DNA from: Flaccisagitta enflata
Lineage: Eukaryota
Assembly: GCA_965153355.1 (NCBI GenBank)
Contig: OZ231126.1
Span: 38,812,001 to 38,876,000, forward strand
Reading direction: 5' to 3'
Length of the DNA: 64,000 nt
A program made the translations under genes and the position numbers. Positions 27,554-40,924 of this stretch are shown in pieces; the stretch's first letter is position 1, and each line of letters begins with the position of its first letter. The notes beneath the pieces are model-generated. The model did no database searches, was not told where the DNA came from, and was given only the letters and a program-made list of their open reading frames with translations.

Positions 27554-29230
27554 TATACTAAAATTCATGTGTTTTCTTAATGTTTTTTAGTCACATGCAC
27601 GCGACTCTACAACCCCCTTTGTCCGTCCGTTGGTTGGTCAGTCGGTCGGTCAAACTTTACTTTTTTTTATGATTTTATTTTTTTTACTTCACTGCTCCTA
27701 CCCAAATGGTCTGGTGACCTCAAATATGAGCTCCTCAGAAAGAGGGTTATTTCCTGTTTCCACATTTTAATGAAACAGCTTGAACCATGTTTTTTTGGAA
27801 AGCTGACGAGCCAGAGCATTGCGTGAATATGCATATGAATTGCGTGTAGTTGCTGTTTTGTAGTAATGCGATGAGCGGTATTCACCATGGTAACGTAACG
27901 CCATCTTGGCGTCTATGTGGCGTTATCTAAGGCGTTATTAATTGTTGTTATTGCTGTCACTTTTTAGTCGCGGACACGCAACTCAACACCTTGCCGTGTC
28001 GGTTGGTAGGTAGGTTGGTAGGTCGGTAAGTCCGTCGGTCTGTCCGTCCGTCACATTTTTGAATTCGGGGCGTTTTTTGCATTATTGCTCCTGCCCAACC
28101 ATCCGCGACTGGATTGCCTTGTATCCGGCCTTGTTTGTTTATCTTTTTTGTTTATTATGGAAATATTGTGATCATTTAAAAAAAAACTGAAGATAAAAAG
28201 AGTCTGATATAATATATTCACTAATAGTAATGATTTTTTTCAATTTGTCATTTGTTATTCTTTTTTCGTATTTTCATTTTTTACTTTTCAATTTTTACTA
28301 TTTACTTTTTACCATTCATTTTTTACCATTTATTTTTTACCATTCATTTTTGCATTTTTTTTTCTTATATCATATTTTGATTTTTACTTTTAATTTTTGA
28401 TTAAGTTTTTCTTTTTTTCTCTTTTGATATTTGATGTTTCATATTATTTGATTAATTAATCAAGTAATTAATCAAGTAATAGCACTTTTATATTCCTTTA
28501 AGCAGGAATGTTTTGATAGAAAATAGCTAAAGTTTGAAAAAGATCATTTTTTTTCACATGTGAGTGTAGATAACATCGAGGCGATATAAACACCGAAACG
28601 AGTCTCTCAGTTTTGGTCTCAGTCTCACCCTGTATCTCTAGATCTCTGTCACTCACAGACAGACAGCGCGGCGCTATTTATAAAGCTACCGCGCCGTGGG
28701 TAATTAAGCAATGCCATTTGTTGGTTTTGTTTTAATCGACTAGGCGCGTCTCACCTCGAACTCGACATACACTTATTTTCTTTTATAAGAACCAAGTTCA
28801 TAAGAACGTTAGGCTTCAAATTGTCAAAAATTTAAGAACATTGGAAGGCTTCATTTTATCCAAAGTTAAGAACATTAGGCTTAAGATCTTGAAAATTTAA
28901 GAACATTTTTTTTCTTTGCTTTTTTAAATCAATTGTTCCTTGTAAATGGATAGACTTTGTATCTTTTATGTTAAGCAAATCATGTCTCACTTTGAATAGC
29001 GTATATTTTTCTACTTTCATTGATCTTAAAACACTTAAAACATCTAAATCTGCTAGTTTGTTGTTTCATTTATATTATCCTTTATTTTCTCCTTAATAAG
29101 AAACTTAAAACTAATTAAGAACGTTCTTAATTGAAGGTTAAAAAGTGCGTTTAATTAAGAACAATTTAAAAACGGGCAAGCTTTGAAACTGCTCAAAATT
29201 TAAGAGTATTGAAGGCTTGACATTCTTATA

Positions 29231-29610
29231 AACAAGGCCAACACCTATAACTCGCGTGCGAGATTTACAGGGTAAGAAAGACTTAGAATGACTTAGAATG
29301 ACTTAGAATGACTTAAAATGTCCAAAAAGGACTTAAGATGACTAAAAAACCTAATGACCAAAAATGACTTAAAATAACTTAAGATGACTTGGAATGACTT
29401 AAAATGACTTAGAATGACTCAAAATGACTTAGAATAACTATTAATGACTAAAAAAAACTTAAAATGACCTAAGAGTTGACGTTATATTACAAAAAAAGTA
29501 AAGTGTGATGGACGGACGGACCGACAGACGGACGGACGGACCGACGGACGGACGGACGGACCGACCGACCGACAAAGCGGGGTGTAGAGTCGCGTGCACG
29601 CGACTAAAAA
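29231..29610 (+). mobile_element. HINE-like element with 10-bp GACTTAGAAT tandem core
   Basis: AAACAAGGCC start, (GACG)n, perfect 3' palindrome AGTCGCGTGCACGCGACT followed by AAAAA. Confidence 0.65.
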
Positions 29611-31254
29611 TGAAAAGTGTAACGCGAATTCGTTCCGTTCCTTTGGCTTCGCCGATGATTTTACCTCCTGCATGTTTTATGTCATGAAATGGCTCTAAAT
29701 TATGGTAGAAACTTAAAAATAAAAGGAATTAAAGGATTTTGAAGGATCTATCAAATAGTAATGGTTTCGTTTCGATCACATATGCACCACAAGGACAGGA
29801 GCGGTTTCAAGACAAACTAAAAAAAGTTGGAAATTTTTAAACCCCTTCGTCGTTGACATACTTTGAAATCTTCACTAGGGATTTCTATCGGGAACCTACT
29901 GTTAAAAACAAATTTTCTTATTAACAAGGCCGGGTGGGCAGGGGCGGAAATGCACGTTTTCCCACGTTTCGACTCGATCACCTCTACGGACCGACCAACC
30001 GACCAACCGACAGACGGACAAAGCGTGTGCGCAACTAAAAATATCAACTATCCAACATTTTTCTAACCAACGTTACCCACATTGATCTACGATCAACGTG
30101 AAACATGCAGGCAGAAAGTGTCTTTAGTTGCGGACACCCAACTCTATAAAAGGCTCTGTCTGTCCGTCCGTCCGTCCGTCCGTCCGTCTTTCCATCCGTC
30201 CATGGTGATCGAGTTGGAAAGTGTGAAAACCCGGATTCCGCCCCTGCCCACCCGTCCGCAACTGGTATTGGCCGCGTAACCGGCCTTGTTTTTTAGAAAG
30301 GTGTATCTTGCGATCTTACACTTGCAGGTAGTATGTCAGCAAATGTAGGGGTGTTCATGAACAATAATCTATTTGACTATTTAAAAAACAATGTTTTAGT
30401 AAACAATTTCATTATTAAAAGCTCGAAAAGAGCTTATATATAAACAGCAAAAATTACAACTTTTAAGAACATTTTTTTTTTTGCTAGTAATCTAATTGAA
30501 CATTGATTTTGTTTTTTTTATTTTATCTTTATTGAAAAACTTTTTTCATAATAAAATTTTTATAAACAATTTCATATAAGAACTTTATTATAATAATCAT
30601 AAAAATTGATAGAAAAAAAAATTTATAACAACTATTTCTTATTGAAAAAATTTTATTATAAAAATTAATATAAAAAAAAATCAAAAAAAGATTAAAAATG
30701 TTACTTCTAACCGATGAAAACATAAGTTCATGAATGAATCTTATTGTTCATTTATGGAAGTACATGTTCTTATTAAAAAAAAAGTTAAAAGTGTTACTTC
30801 TAAGCAATGACAACATAAGTTTATGAATGAATCTTATTGTTCATTTATGGAAAAACATGTTCTTACCCTCAATGAATTATATCATTTATTGATAATCCAG
30901 GCCTGTATATTGTTCTACATTGCCCCCCACCCTAGTGGGGAGGGTAAAATAATCAAACAGTTTGGAGATGAGGGAAAAAATGCAAGGGGAAAAAAAAAGA
31001 AAAAAAAATTGGAGAAAATAAAACTTTTGGCAGTAGTAAATCATAAAAAATGATTAGTAAAATACAATTTAAGATTATTTAATCCTTTGAAATACTGTTT
31101 TATTGCTAAATGGGGATAAAATCATAGATTTTGTAACATGACGCATCTCGGGGAAGAAAATTAAAGGCAGGGGCGGGAACTAATCAAAGATTATAGAACT
31201 GTATACTTTATATCATATATATTCATAGATTATCCCCTATCTAATTAATATTCA

Positions 31255-32084
31255 TCGGGAAAAAAGTCGAAGTCAGTCTTCGACTTTTTGACATATTCGA
31301 GAGAAACAGGGTTTTCATTTTCTTATGGGAAAGTTGGGCATCTCCACCGACCGATTGGGGCCTCCAATGAAATTGATAGGGTAAGTAAATTTGATAATTC
31401 TCTTTCATTTGGCGCCAAGCAGAATGCTCTACGACAAATATTTTTTGCGCTATGATTTTTTAAAGATTTATTTATGAAAAATTCGAATGAAATTTTTTTT
31501 GATTTTTTACGATTTTGTGTAGGATCAATAAAAGAGTGTATTTATGTTTGTTTGAGCATGCAAATACAAGAAAACATGTTTATGAGCACAGCTGCTCATC
31601 TGTGAGGGCGTTTTTGAGCATTTCAGCTCATTTAGCTAACTTAGCTCAGTCTGTTCTTTCTGATTTCAAATATAATAAATGAATGAATATTTTTAAACTT
31701 GTTTAAGCAAGCAAATAAAAAAACATGTCAGTGAGCAGAGCTGCTCATCTGTGAAGGCGTTTTCAAGTATTCTAGCTCATTTAGCTCATTTAGCTTGTGC
31801 TTTTTCTCTGATTTTAAATAGGATAAATAAATTAATGTTTTGATTTAAGCATGCAAATACAAGAAAGCATGTCAGTGAGCAAAGCTGGTTGTCTGGTTGA
31901 ATCATTTTGATTACTTTAGCTCATCTAGCTCATTTGGCTCAGTCCTATTTTTCTCTGATTTTCAGTGCAGTCAATACATACAATTGCTTTTGATTTGATT
32001 TAACAAAATTTCAGTGACTGAAGATAGTGAAAAGTGACCAATGCTTACGACTTTTTTCCTCCCGGCGACAGCCGCCATTACTGG
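31255..32084 (+). mobile_element. Non-autonomous Helitron, copy 1
   Basis: A|TC 5' end, 3' hairpin GGCGACAGCCGCC, CTGG|T end (CTRR rule), subterminal IR GGAAAAAAGTCG/CGACTTTTTTCC, internal ~135-bp subrepeats. Confidence 0.75.
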
Positions 32085-33066
32085 TATCAGGATAATCATG
32101 AACATACCGTTCATGGACACCCCATTATTCACTGACGGAATATCTCCGCACTCCGACTTCTTTTCCCTGCGCTCCTCGCACTTTTCCTGCTGCTCACAAG
32201 CTGCGCCAAAGCTTTGATCTTATGCTGCTGCTGCTGCGTCGGACTGAGGCTGCATCGCTACAGCTGACCATAGACGAGTTTGCTGTCGGCTAACGGCGCG
32301 CTGCGTTAATCTCAAAAGACTTGATGTTGTTACATCGAGGGCTATTAATAATAAAACTACTGATAGATAACTTGCGTTGAGGCAATGACAATGATGCAAT
32401 AGCGGCTCAAAAACGTTTTATATGTACAAGAAAATGTATGTTTTGGTCGTTTTTGAAAATCAAAATAAAGGTATGGAACCAATACTATTCGGAAGCCCTC
32501 GAACAACTCTTTAATACCTTTTTTTTAACACTGTTTCTACGATGAGTTTAAGCCATTTTATGAAGGAAAGTATGCCAGGAATAAAATCTCCGCCGAAGTC
32601 CAGCGAACGAAATGAATTTGCGCAACGTCTGAGAGCTTAGTTTCGCATACCGAATTGAAATAAAAACGATCACAAACTTTGCTACATCGCCTGTGGCGCG
32701 ATAGCTTTGTTTACATCTATCAATTATGTAATCACCCTCGCACGTCAATCCTGCCCCATAATTCCTTGGTATGCCGCCCTTAACGATTGAGGTTTACGTG
32801 AAAGTCATCATCATTAGTCATGGTGGTTGTAATTTAACCTGTTTTTAATCATCATATGACGCTAAATGATGTGTATCTACATTTTGCGATGTTTTGTTTG
32901 AAAGCCTAATTTGCACGTAGCAGTGCCGTAATCACCGTGACGTTTCTAGAGCGCTCTTTAAAAAACAGTCCAATCGCAAGTGCCGTCGACTTTGCCCCGC
33001 CAATGTCTTTGTTGAAAATGAGTCAAAGTTAGTATTACTTGTAACGATTACCTATGCGTCAGTTAA

Positions 33067-33914
33067 TCGGGAAAAAAGTCGAAGTAAGTCTTCGACTTTT
33101 TGACATATTCGAGAGAAACAGGGTTTTCATTTTCTTATGGGGAAGTTTCGGAACTCCTTAGGGCGATTGGTCCCTCAAATGAAATTGATAGGGTAAGTAA
33201 ATTTGATAATTCTCTTTCATTTGGCGCTAAGCAGAAGTCTCTGGGACAAATATTTTTTGCGTTATGAATTTTTAAAGATTTATTTATGAAAAATTCAAAT
33301 TGAATTTTTTTCGATTTTTTATGATTTTGTGTAGGATCAATAAAGGAGTGTATCTAAGTTTGGTTAAGCATGCAAATACAAAAAAACATGTTCATGAGCA
33401 TAGCTGCTCATATGTGAGGGTGATTTTGAGCATTTTAGCTCATTTAGCTCACTTAGCTCAGTTTTTTTTTCTTCTGATTTCAAATGCAATAAATAAGCAA
33501 ATATATTGATAGATGTTTAAGCAAGCAATTATAAGAAAGCATGTCAGTGAGCAGAGCTGCTCATCTGTGAGGGTGATTTTAAATATTCTAGCTTATTTAG
33601 CTCATTAAGCTTGCTCTTTTTTTCTGATTTCAAAACCGATGAATAAATAAATGTTTTGATTTAAGCATGCAAATACAAGAAAGCATCTCAGTAAGCATAG
33701 CTGGTTGCGTAGTCGAGTGATTTTGAATATTTAAGCTCATCTAGCTCATTTGGCTCAGTCCTATTTTTCTCTGATTTTCAGTGCAACCACTATATACAAT
33801 TGCTCTTAATTTGATCTAACAAATAAAAAGTTGCAATGACTGAAAACAAAAGCTTGGTGAAAAGTGAACAACGCTTACGACTTTTTTCCTCACGGCGACA
33901 GCCGCCATTACTGG
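33067..33914 (+). mobile_element. Non-autonomous Helitron, copy 2
   Basis: Same termini and body as 31255-32084. A 3' fragment also lies at about 51640-51813 (hairpin GGCGACAGTCGCC, CTGG|T). Confidence 0.75.
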
Positions 33915-34323
33915 TAGCCAAACGCTGGTCGTGAAAATCGAAATGACGAAGACGCGCTGGGAATATAAAAGCGTAGAGAGTAGTTTTTCTTGCTTAAAAA
34001 AAACGGAAGATGGTCGAAATTGAAAAAAAGGACGACGGTAAGAGTTTTATAATTTGTCGCCCCATGCCCTATGATGAGGATGAGCAGATCAAAGATACTT
34101 TTTTTTTTTGAAACACCCGAAGAGGACCTCGACCTCAAAGACAAATCACTTCTCCCACTTGTCTTCTTGTTTGTCTATGTCTGTATATGTGTGTCTGTCT
34201 ATCTAGCGTTTGTCTGTGCGTGTTTGTCTATCTGGCGTTTGTCTGTGTCTTCAGGTATCTGTCTGTGTGACTGTGTCTGTTTGTGTGTGTCTGTCTTTGT
34301 GAGCGCGTCTCTCTTTCATTCTC

Positions 34324-34478
<155 letters not shown>

Positions 34479-35082
34479 CATTTTTGGCTATCCGGCGTCA
34501 CCATCATCATCATAAATTACATTTTGTGTTACCACCATGCGCATTTTCACAAATTTCAATGGTGTTACTCCGCGTTACCGGCGGGTGTCATTCCGCGTTA
34601 CCCGCATGTGTCACTCTGCGTTACCAGTAGTTGAAAACAATAAAATAAAGAAGGGTAACACCGCGTTACCGGTGTTACTAAAATGGAGGTCCGAGTTTCA
34701 CTGTGGGGTGGGCAGGGGCAGTGTTAAAAAAGTCTCAAATTCCACATGAGAGGCTCAAACCCAAGCCTTAAGGCTTGAATGTGAGTTTTAAGGTTTATAT
34801 TTGAGCCCTAAGACCTGTGCTCTCACAAAGGTAAAAAAAATTTAGAAATTCTATAATTCATTATCAGCACAAGCCATCTATAGGTCATTGGATCCTCTGG
34901 GGCTGCTGCTCCTCTCACCATCTCAGTTATTCAGTTACTATTTTAGGAGCATCCAGAACTACTTTCGCTGGGTCTTTAGAGGTATCACCCCTATCACCCG
35001 CGATAATCATACGTATTTCCACTAGGAAGGCACAGTTGGAGAAATTTTGCTCGTAGGAAGCAAAAAATTTTGTGACACCCTG

Positions 35083-35250
35083 ATCATAATATCATCGTGA
35101 TCATCATCGTCATCATCATCATCATCATCAAGACTAACCAAATGGTCGGGACGGTATCCGGAAGACGTACAGAGAATCAGAAAGAAATAATCAAATATTG
35201 AAACAATAAAAGACGCAAAACTAGAGCTAAGGCTTCTATCTAGACTAAAG
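35083..35250 (+). repeat. ~170-bp direct repeat, copy 1 (copy 2 at 40748-40914, running into the gap)
   Basis: ATCATAATATCAT..(CAT)n..CAAGACTAACCAAATGGTCGGGACGGTATCCGGAAGACG... present twice. Confidence 0.9.
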
Positions 35251-35294
35251 AGTCTTTCTAGCGCTCTCGCGTACGAGCGTATTTCTCTAACAGT

Positions 35295-38200
35295 TAAAGA
35301 TGTTGAAAAATGTTGAAAAATGTTGAAAGTGTTGAAAACGTTGAAAAAGTTGAAAAAGTTGAAAAAGTTGAAAAAGTTGAAAAAGTTGAAAATGTTGAAA
35401 AATGTTGAAAATGTTGAAAAAGTTGAAAGTGTTGAAAAATGTTGAAAATGTTGAAAAAGTTGAAAGTGTTGAAAAATGTTGAAAATGTTGAAAGTGTTGA
35501 AAATGTTGAAAAATGTTGAAAAATGTTGAAAAAGTGTTGAAAAATATTGAAAATGTTGAAAATGTTGAAAATGTTGAAAATGTTGAAAATGTTGAAAAAT
35601 GTTGAAAATGTTAAAAATGCTGAACATGTTGAAAAATGTTAAAAACATTGAAAAATAATGAAAACGTTGAAAAAGTTGGAAATGTTAAAAACATTGAAAA
35701 ATGTTGAAAAAGTTGAAAATGTTGAAAAATGTTGAAAAATGTAAAAAACATTAAAAAATGTTGAAAATGTTGAAAAAGTTGAAAATGTTAAAAATGCTGA
35801 AATTGTTGAAAATGTTGAAAAATGTTTAAAATGTTGAAAAAAATGAAAATGTTGAAAATGTTGAGAATGTTGAAAAATGTTGAAAATTGTTGATAATGTT
35901 GAAAATGTTGAAAATGTTGAAAAATGTTGAAAAATGTTGAAAATGTTGAAAATGTTGAAAAATGTTGAAAATGTTGAAAAAGTTGAAAATGTTGAAAAAT
36001 GTTGAAAATGTTGAAAATGTTGAAAAATGTTGAAAAATGTTGAAAATGTTGAAAAAGTTGAAAAATGTTGAAAAATGTTGAAAAAGTTGAAAGTGTTGAA
36101 AAATGTTGAAAATGTTGAAAAAGTTGAAAGTGTTGAAAAATGTTGAAAATGTTGAAAAAGTTGAAAAATGTTGAAAAATGTTTAAAAATGTTGAAAATGT
36201 TGAAAATGTTGAAAATGTTGAAAATGTTGAAAATGTTGAAAATGTTGAAAAATGTTGAAAATGTTGAACATGTTGAAAAATGTTAAAAACATTGAAAAAT
36301 AATGAAAATGTTGAAAAAGTTGGAAATGTTAAAAACATTGAAAAATGTTGAAAAAGTTGAAAATGTTGAAAAATGTAAAAAACATTGAAAAATGTTGAAA
36401 ATGTTGAAAAAGTTGAAAATGTTAAAAATGCTGAAATTGTTGAAAATGTTGAAAAATGTTGAAAATGTTGAAAAAAATGAAAATGTTAAGAAATGTTGAA
36501 AATGTTGAAAAATGTTGAAAATAATGAAAATGTTGAAAATGTTGAGAAAGTTGAAAAATGTTGAAAATTGTTGAAAATGTTTATAACATTGAAAAATGTA
36601 GAAAATGTTGAAAAAGTTGAAAATGTTTAAAATGTTGAAAATGTTGAAAATGTTGATAATGTTAAAAACATTGAAAAATGTTGAAAATGTTGAACAAGTT
36701 GAAAATATTGAAAATGTTGAAAAATGTTGAAAAATGTAAAAAACATTGAAAAATGTTGAAAATGTTGAAAAAGTTGAAAATGTTAAAAATGCTGAAATTG
36801 TTGAAAATGTTGAAAAATGTTTAAAATGTTGAAAAAAATGAAAATGTTGAAAATGTTGAGAATGTTGAAAAATGTTGAAAATTGTTGATAATGTTTAAAA
36901 GATTGAAAAATGTTGAAAAAGTTGAAAATGTTTAAAAATGTTGAAAATGTTGAAAGTGTTGAAAATGTTGAAAAAGTTGAAAAAGTTCAAAAAGTTGAAA
37001 AAGTTGAAAAAGTTGAAAATGTTGAAAAATGTTGAAAAATGTTGAAAAATGTTGAAAAATGTTGAAAATGTTGAAAGTGTTGAAAAATGTTGAAAATGTT
37101 GAAAATGTTGAAAGTGTTGAAAAATGTTGAAAATGTTGAAAATGTTGAAAATGTTGAAAGATGTTGAAAATGTTGAAAATGTTGAAAAATGTTGAAAAAT
37201 GTTTAAAAATGTTGAAAATGTTGAAAATGTTCAAAATGTTCAAAATGTTGAAAATGTTGAAAATGTTGAAAAATGTTGAAAATGTTGAACATGTTGAAAA
37301 ATGTTAAAAACATTGAAAAATAATGAAAATGTTGAAAAAGTTGGAAATGTTAAAAATGTTGAAAAAGTTGAAAAAGTTGAAAATGTTGAAAAATGTAAAA
37401 AACATTGAAAAATGTTGAAAATGTTGAAAAAGTTGAAAATGTTAAAAATGCTGAAATTGTTGAAAATGTTGAAAAATGTTGAAAATGTTGAAAAAAATGA
37501 AAATGTTAAGAAATGTTGAAAATGTTGAAAAATGTTGAAAATAATGAAAATGTTGAAAATGTTGAGAAAGTTGAAAAATGTTGAAAATTGTTGAAAATGT
37601 TTATAACATTGAAAAATGTAGAAAATGTTGAAAAAGTTGAAAATGTTTAAAATGTTGAAAATGTTGAAAATGTTGAAAATGTTGATAATGTTAAAAACAT
37701 TGAAAAATGTTGAAAATGTTGAACAAGTTGAAAATGTTGAAAATGTTGAAAAATGTTGAAAATGTTGAAAATGTTAAAAATGTTGAAAAATGTTGAAAAT
37801 AATGAAAGTGTTGAAAATGTTGAAAATTTTGAAAAAGTAAGAATGTTGAAAATGTTGAAAATGTTAAGAAATGTTGAAAATGTTGAAAAATGTTGAAAAA
37901 TATCGCAAAATGTCGAAAATGTAGAAAAAATGTTGAAAATTGGTAAAAAATGTTGAAAATATTAAGCATGTTAAAAGAAGTTGAAAATGTTGAAAATGTT
38001 GAAAATGTTGAAAATGTTGAAAATGTTTGAAAATGTTGAAAAATGTTGAGAAAAATTTTAAAAAATTTTGAAAAATGTTGAAAAATATTGAAAATGTTGA
38101 AAAATGTTGAAAAATGGTAAAAAATGTTGAAAATGTTTAAAAAAGTTGAAAATGTTGAAAATGTTAAAAATGTTGAAAGTGTTGAAAATGTTGAAAGTGT

Positions 38201-39242
38201 TGAAAATGTTGAAAAAGGTTGATAAATGTTGAAAATGTTGAAAAATGTTGGAAAATTTTGAGATTGTTGAAAAATGATGAAAAAGTTGGAAATGTTGAAA
38301 ATGTTGAAAATGTTGAAAATGTTAAAAACATTGAAAAATGATGAAAATGTTGAAAAAGTTGGAAATGTTAAAAACGGTGAAAATCTTAAAAATGTTGAAA
38401 ATAATGAAAATGTTAAAAATGTTAAGAAATCTTAAAAATGTTAAAAATGTTGAAAATGTTAAAAAAAGTTGAAAATGTTAAAAATGTTGAAAATGTTGAA
38501 AAATGTTGAAAATGTTAAAAATGTTGAGAACGTTGAAAAAGTTGAAAATGTTGAAAATGTTGAAAATGTTGAAAATGTTGAAAATGTTGAAAAATGTTGA
38601 AAATGTTAAAAACATTGAAAAATATTGAAAATGTTGAAAAAGTTAAAAATGTTGAAAATGTTAAGAAATGTTGAAAATGTTGAAAGTGTTGAAAATGTTG
38701 AAAGTGTTGAAAATGTTGAAAATTGTTGAAAATGTTGAAAGTGTTGAATATGTTGAAAAATGTTGAAAAAGTTGCAAAAGTTGAAAATGTTTAAAAATGT
38801 TTAAAAATGTTGAAAAATTTTGAAAAATGTTGAAAATGTTGAAAGTGTTGAAAATGTTGAAAATGTTGAAAAATGTTGAAAATGTTGAAAAATGTTGAAA
38901 AATGTTGAAAATGTTGAAAATGCTGAAAATGTTGAAAAATGTTGAAAAATGTTGAAAATGTTGAAAATGTAGATAATGTTGAAAATGTTGAAAAATGTTG
39001 AGAATGTTGAAAAATGTTGAAAAATGTTGAAAAATGGTAAAAAATGTTGAAAATGTTGAAAATATCAAAAAATGTCTTAAATGTTTAAAAATGGTAAAAA
39101 ATATTGAAAATGTTGAAAATGTTAAAAAAAGTTGAAAAAGTTGAAAATGTTGAAAATGTTGGAAGTGTTGAAAATGTTTAAAGTGTTGAAAATGTAAAAA
39201 AGGTTGAAAAATGTTTAAAATGTTGAAAAATGTTGAAAAATT
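35295..39242. repeat. 9/10-bp AATGTTGAA(A) satellite, ~3.9 kb
   Basis: Direct observation. About 1-kb higher-order duplication (36421-36600 matches 37441-37620). Confidence 0.95.
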
Positions 39243-39422
39243 TGGCTGACTAAGGCCGACTAAGGCAATTTGGCCGACTAAGGCCGACTAAGGCACGATC
39301 GGATACGGCCTTAATCAGGGTAAGACCAAAAAAGCCCGACAGGACAACAGTCGCCTGCCTCATAGTACATTCAATGATTAATGACTTGACAAATTAAAAC
39401 ACATTCAAATAATTTAATTCAG

Positions 39423-39811
39423 ACTGACGTTAATACCACGAAAAGCGAAGCGCCGCCCTCCAAGTTTGTCGTCGTCGGCAACACGCTATGTAAGTATATG
39501 GCAACGACTGAAGTCAATCATACCAATAACGGAAATTCAGCGTGAATGATTATCGTTACGCGAGTATTACACATCCAATACATGTATTTAATTTTATTTC
39601 TTCAGTTGACATACGTGCTTACCCACTTTCGGCGCCGGGAAACCGAAGCGGAAAAGGCCTTGGAGAAAGCGGTCGCGAAGGCGAAGGCAGAACTGCAGCT
39701 TGCCAACGTCGCCAAACGGAAGTTGGCAGAGGAATTGGCCTCAACCAAATCTCGTTTGAAAGACATGACGAGGGAAAAGAAAGTCGCGTTGGACCGATGT
39801 GACAGACTTAC
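39423..39811 (+). CDS. Putative two-exon fragment (39423-39489, 39606-39811) encoding a basic/coiled-coil peptide
   Basis: TTCAG acceptors at 39421-22 and 39604-05, GTAAGT donors at 39490 and 39812. The spliced frame is open: ...PRKAKRRPPSLSSSATRY|LTYVLTHFRRRETEAEKALEKAVAKAKAELQLANVAKRKLAEEL... Confidence 0.45.
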
Positions 39812-40914
39812 GTAAGTGTCAAGTTAGTTATTGTTTAGCGAAAAGACTGACTGTAGACAAAACAAAGGAACGAGGATGAAATTGTGGAATCAGGCGAGGG
39901 GATCTTTTCCTTTTAAACTACCAAGCCTATTGGACCAACTTATTGGGGTGGTAGTGAAGAATGGGTGAGGGGGTGGGTCGATGAATGAATGGGGGATCCT
40001 TGAGTGGATGGGTAGATCACCGTAGATGGGTGCTGCTTGCGAGTAAAAACTTTTTAAAACCCTTCGTTTGGATCCACGTAAACTCGATAATTTTTCTCCA
40101 TTTATCTATTCATTCATTCATTCATTCATTCATTCATTCATTTTATTGAAAGAGTTTTTGGACTTAGATTATAGAATTTGACTGCAAAAAACTCAATTGG
40201 AAGTAATATACAATATTTATGCAAATTTGGTCAAAAAGTAGTGGAGTTGGCTTGAGGACAATATTAGGAAAAAACAAGCTGGTGGATTTGGATTTTTTTA
40301 GCCCAAATCCCTTAAATAACATCTAATAAGCATAACCCAAGTTCAGGATACCTTGGGAAAATTCATTTTTTGGATATATTCATGATAGATTTGGGGTTGT
40401 CAAGCTTCAAAAATCCATATTTGACAAGGTAGTGGTAGGTAAAAGGGGTAAATTGGTCATTTTGTAGGCAGTTCAGCCCAAAATTCCATTTTTTAGTCAA
40501 AGTACAATGTTCAAGGAGGATGCACACCAAAAATCATCAATGTGGTTGCATTTTTACAACTGTGACACAGCTGTAAAAATGCTCAAAATACCCCCTAATG
40601 TTTCAGACTCAGCCTATTGTCTCCCTTCACCATTTGTCACTGTCGCGTATTTGTCCCCCGCAACGGGGCGTCTACCCAGACCGGCGCAATATGACAACGC
40701 GTGATTCGAAGAACCAACTCGTGACTGTATTGGCGAATGTCAACAGTATCATAATATCATTGTGATCATCATCGTCATCATCATCATCATCATCAAGACT
40801 AACCAAATGGTCGGGACGGTATCCGGAAGACGTACAGAGAATCAGAAAGAAATAATCAAATGATAAAATAATAAAAGACAGAGACGCAAAACTAGAGCTA
40901 AGGCTAGACTAAAG

Positions 40915-40924
40915 NNNNNNNNNN
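40915..40924. other. Assembly gap (10 N)
   Basis: N run. Confidence 1.

Noticed and set aside
35022-39068. FNIFQHFST-type ORFs
   Set aside because: Antisense translations of the AATGTTGAA satellite.
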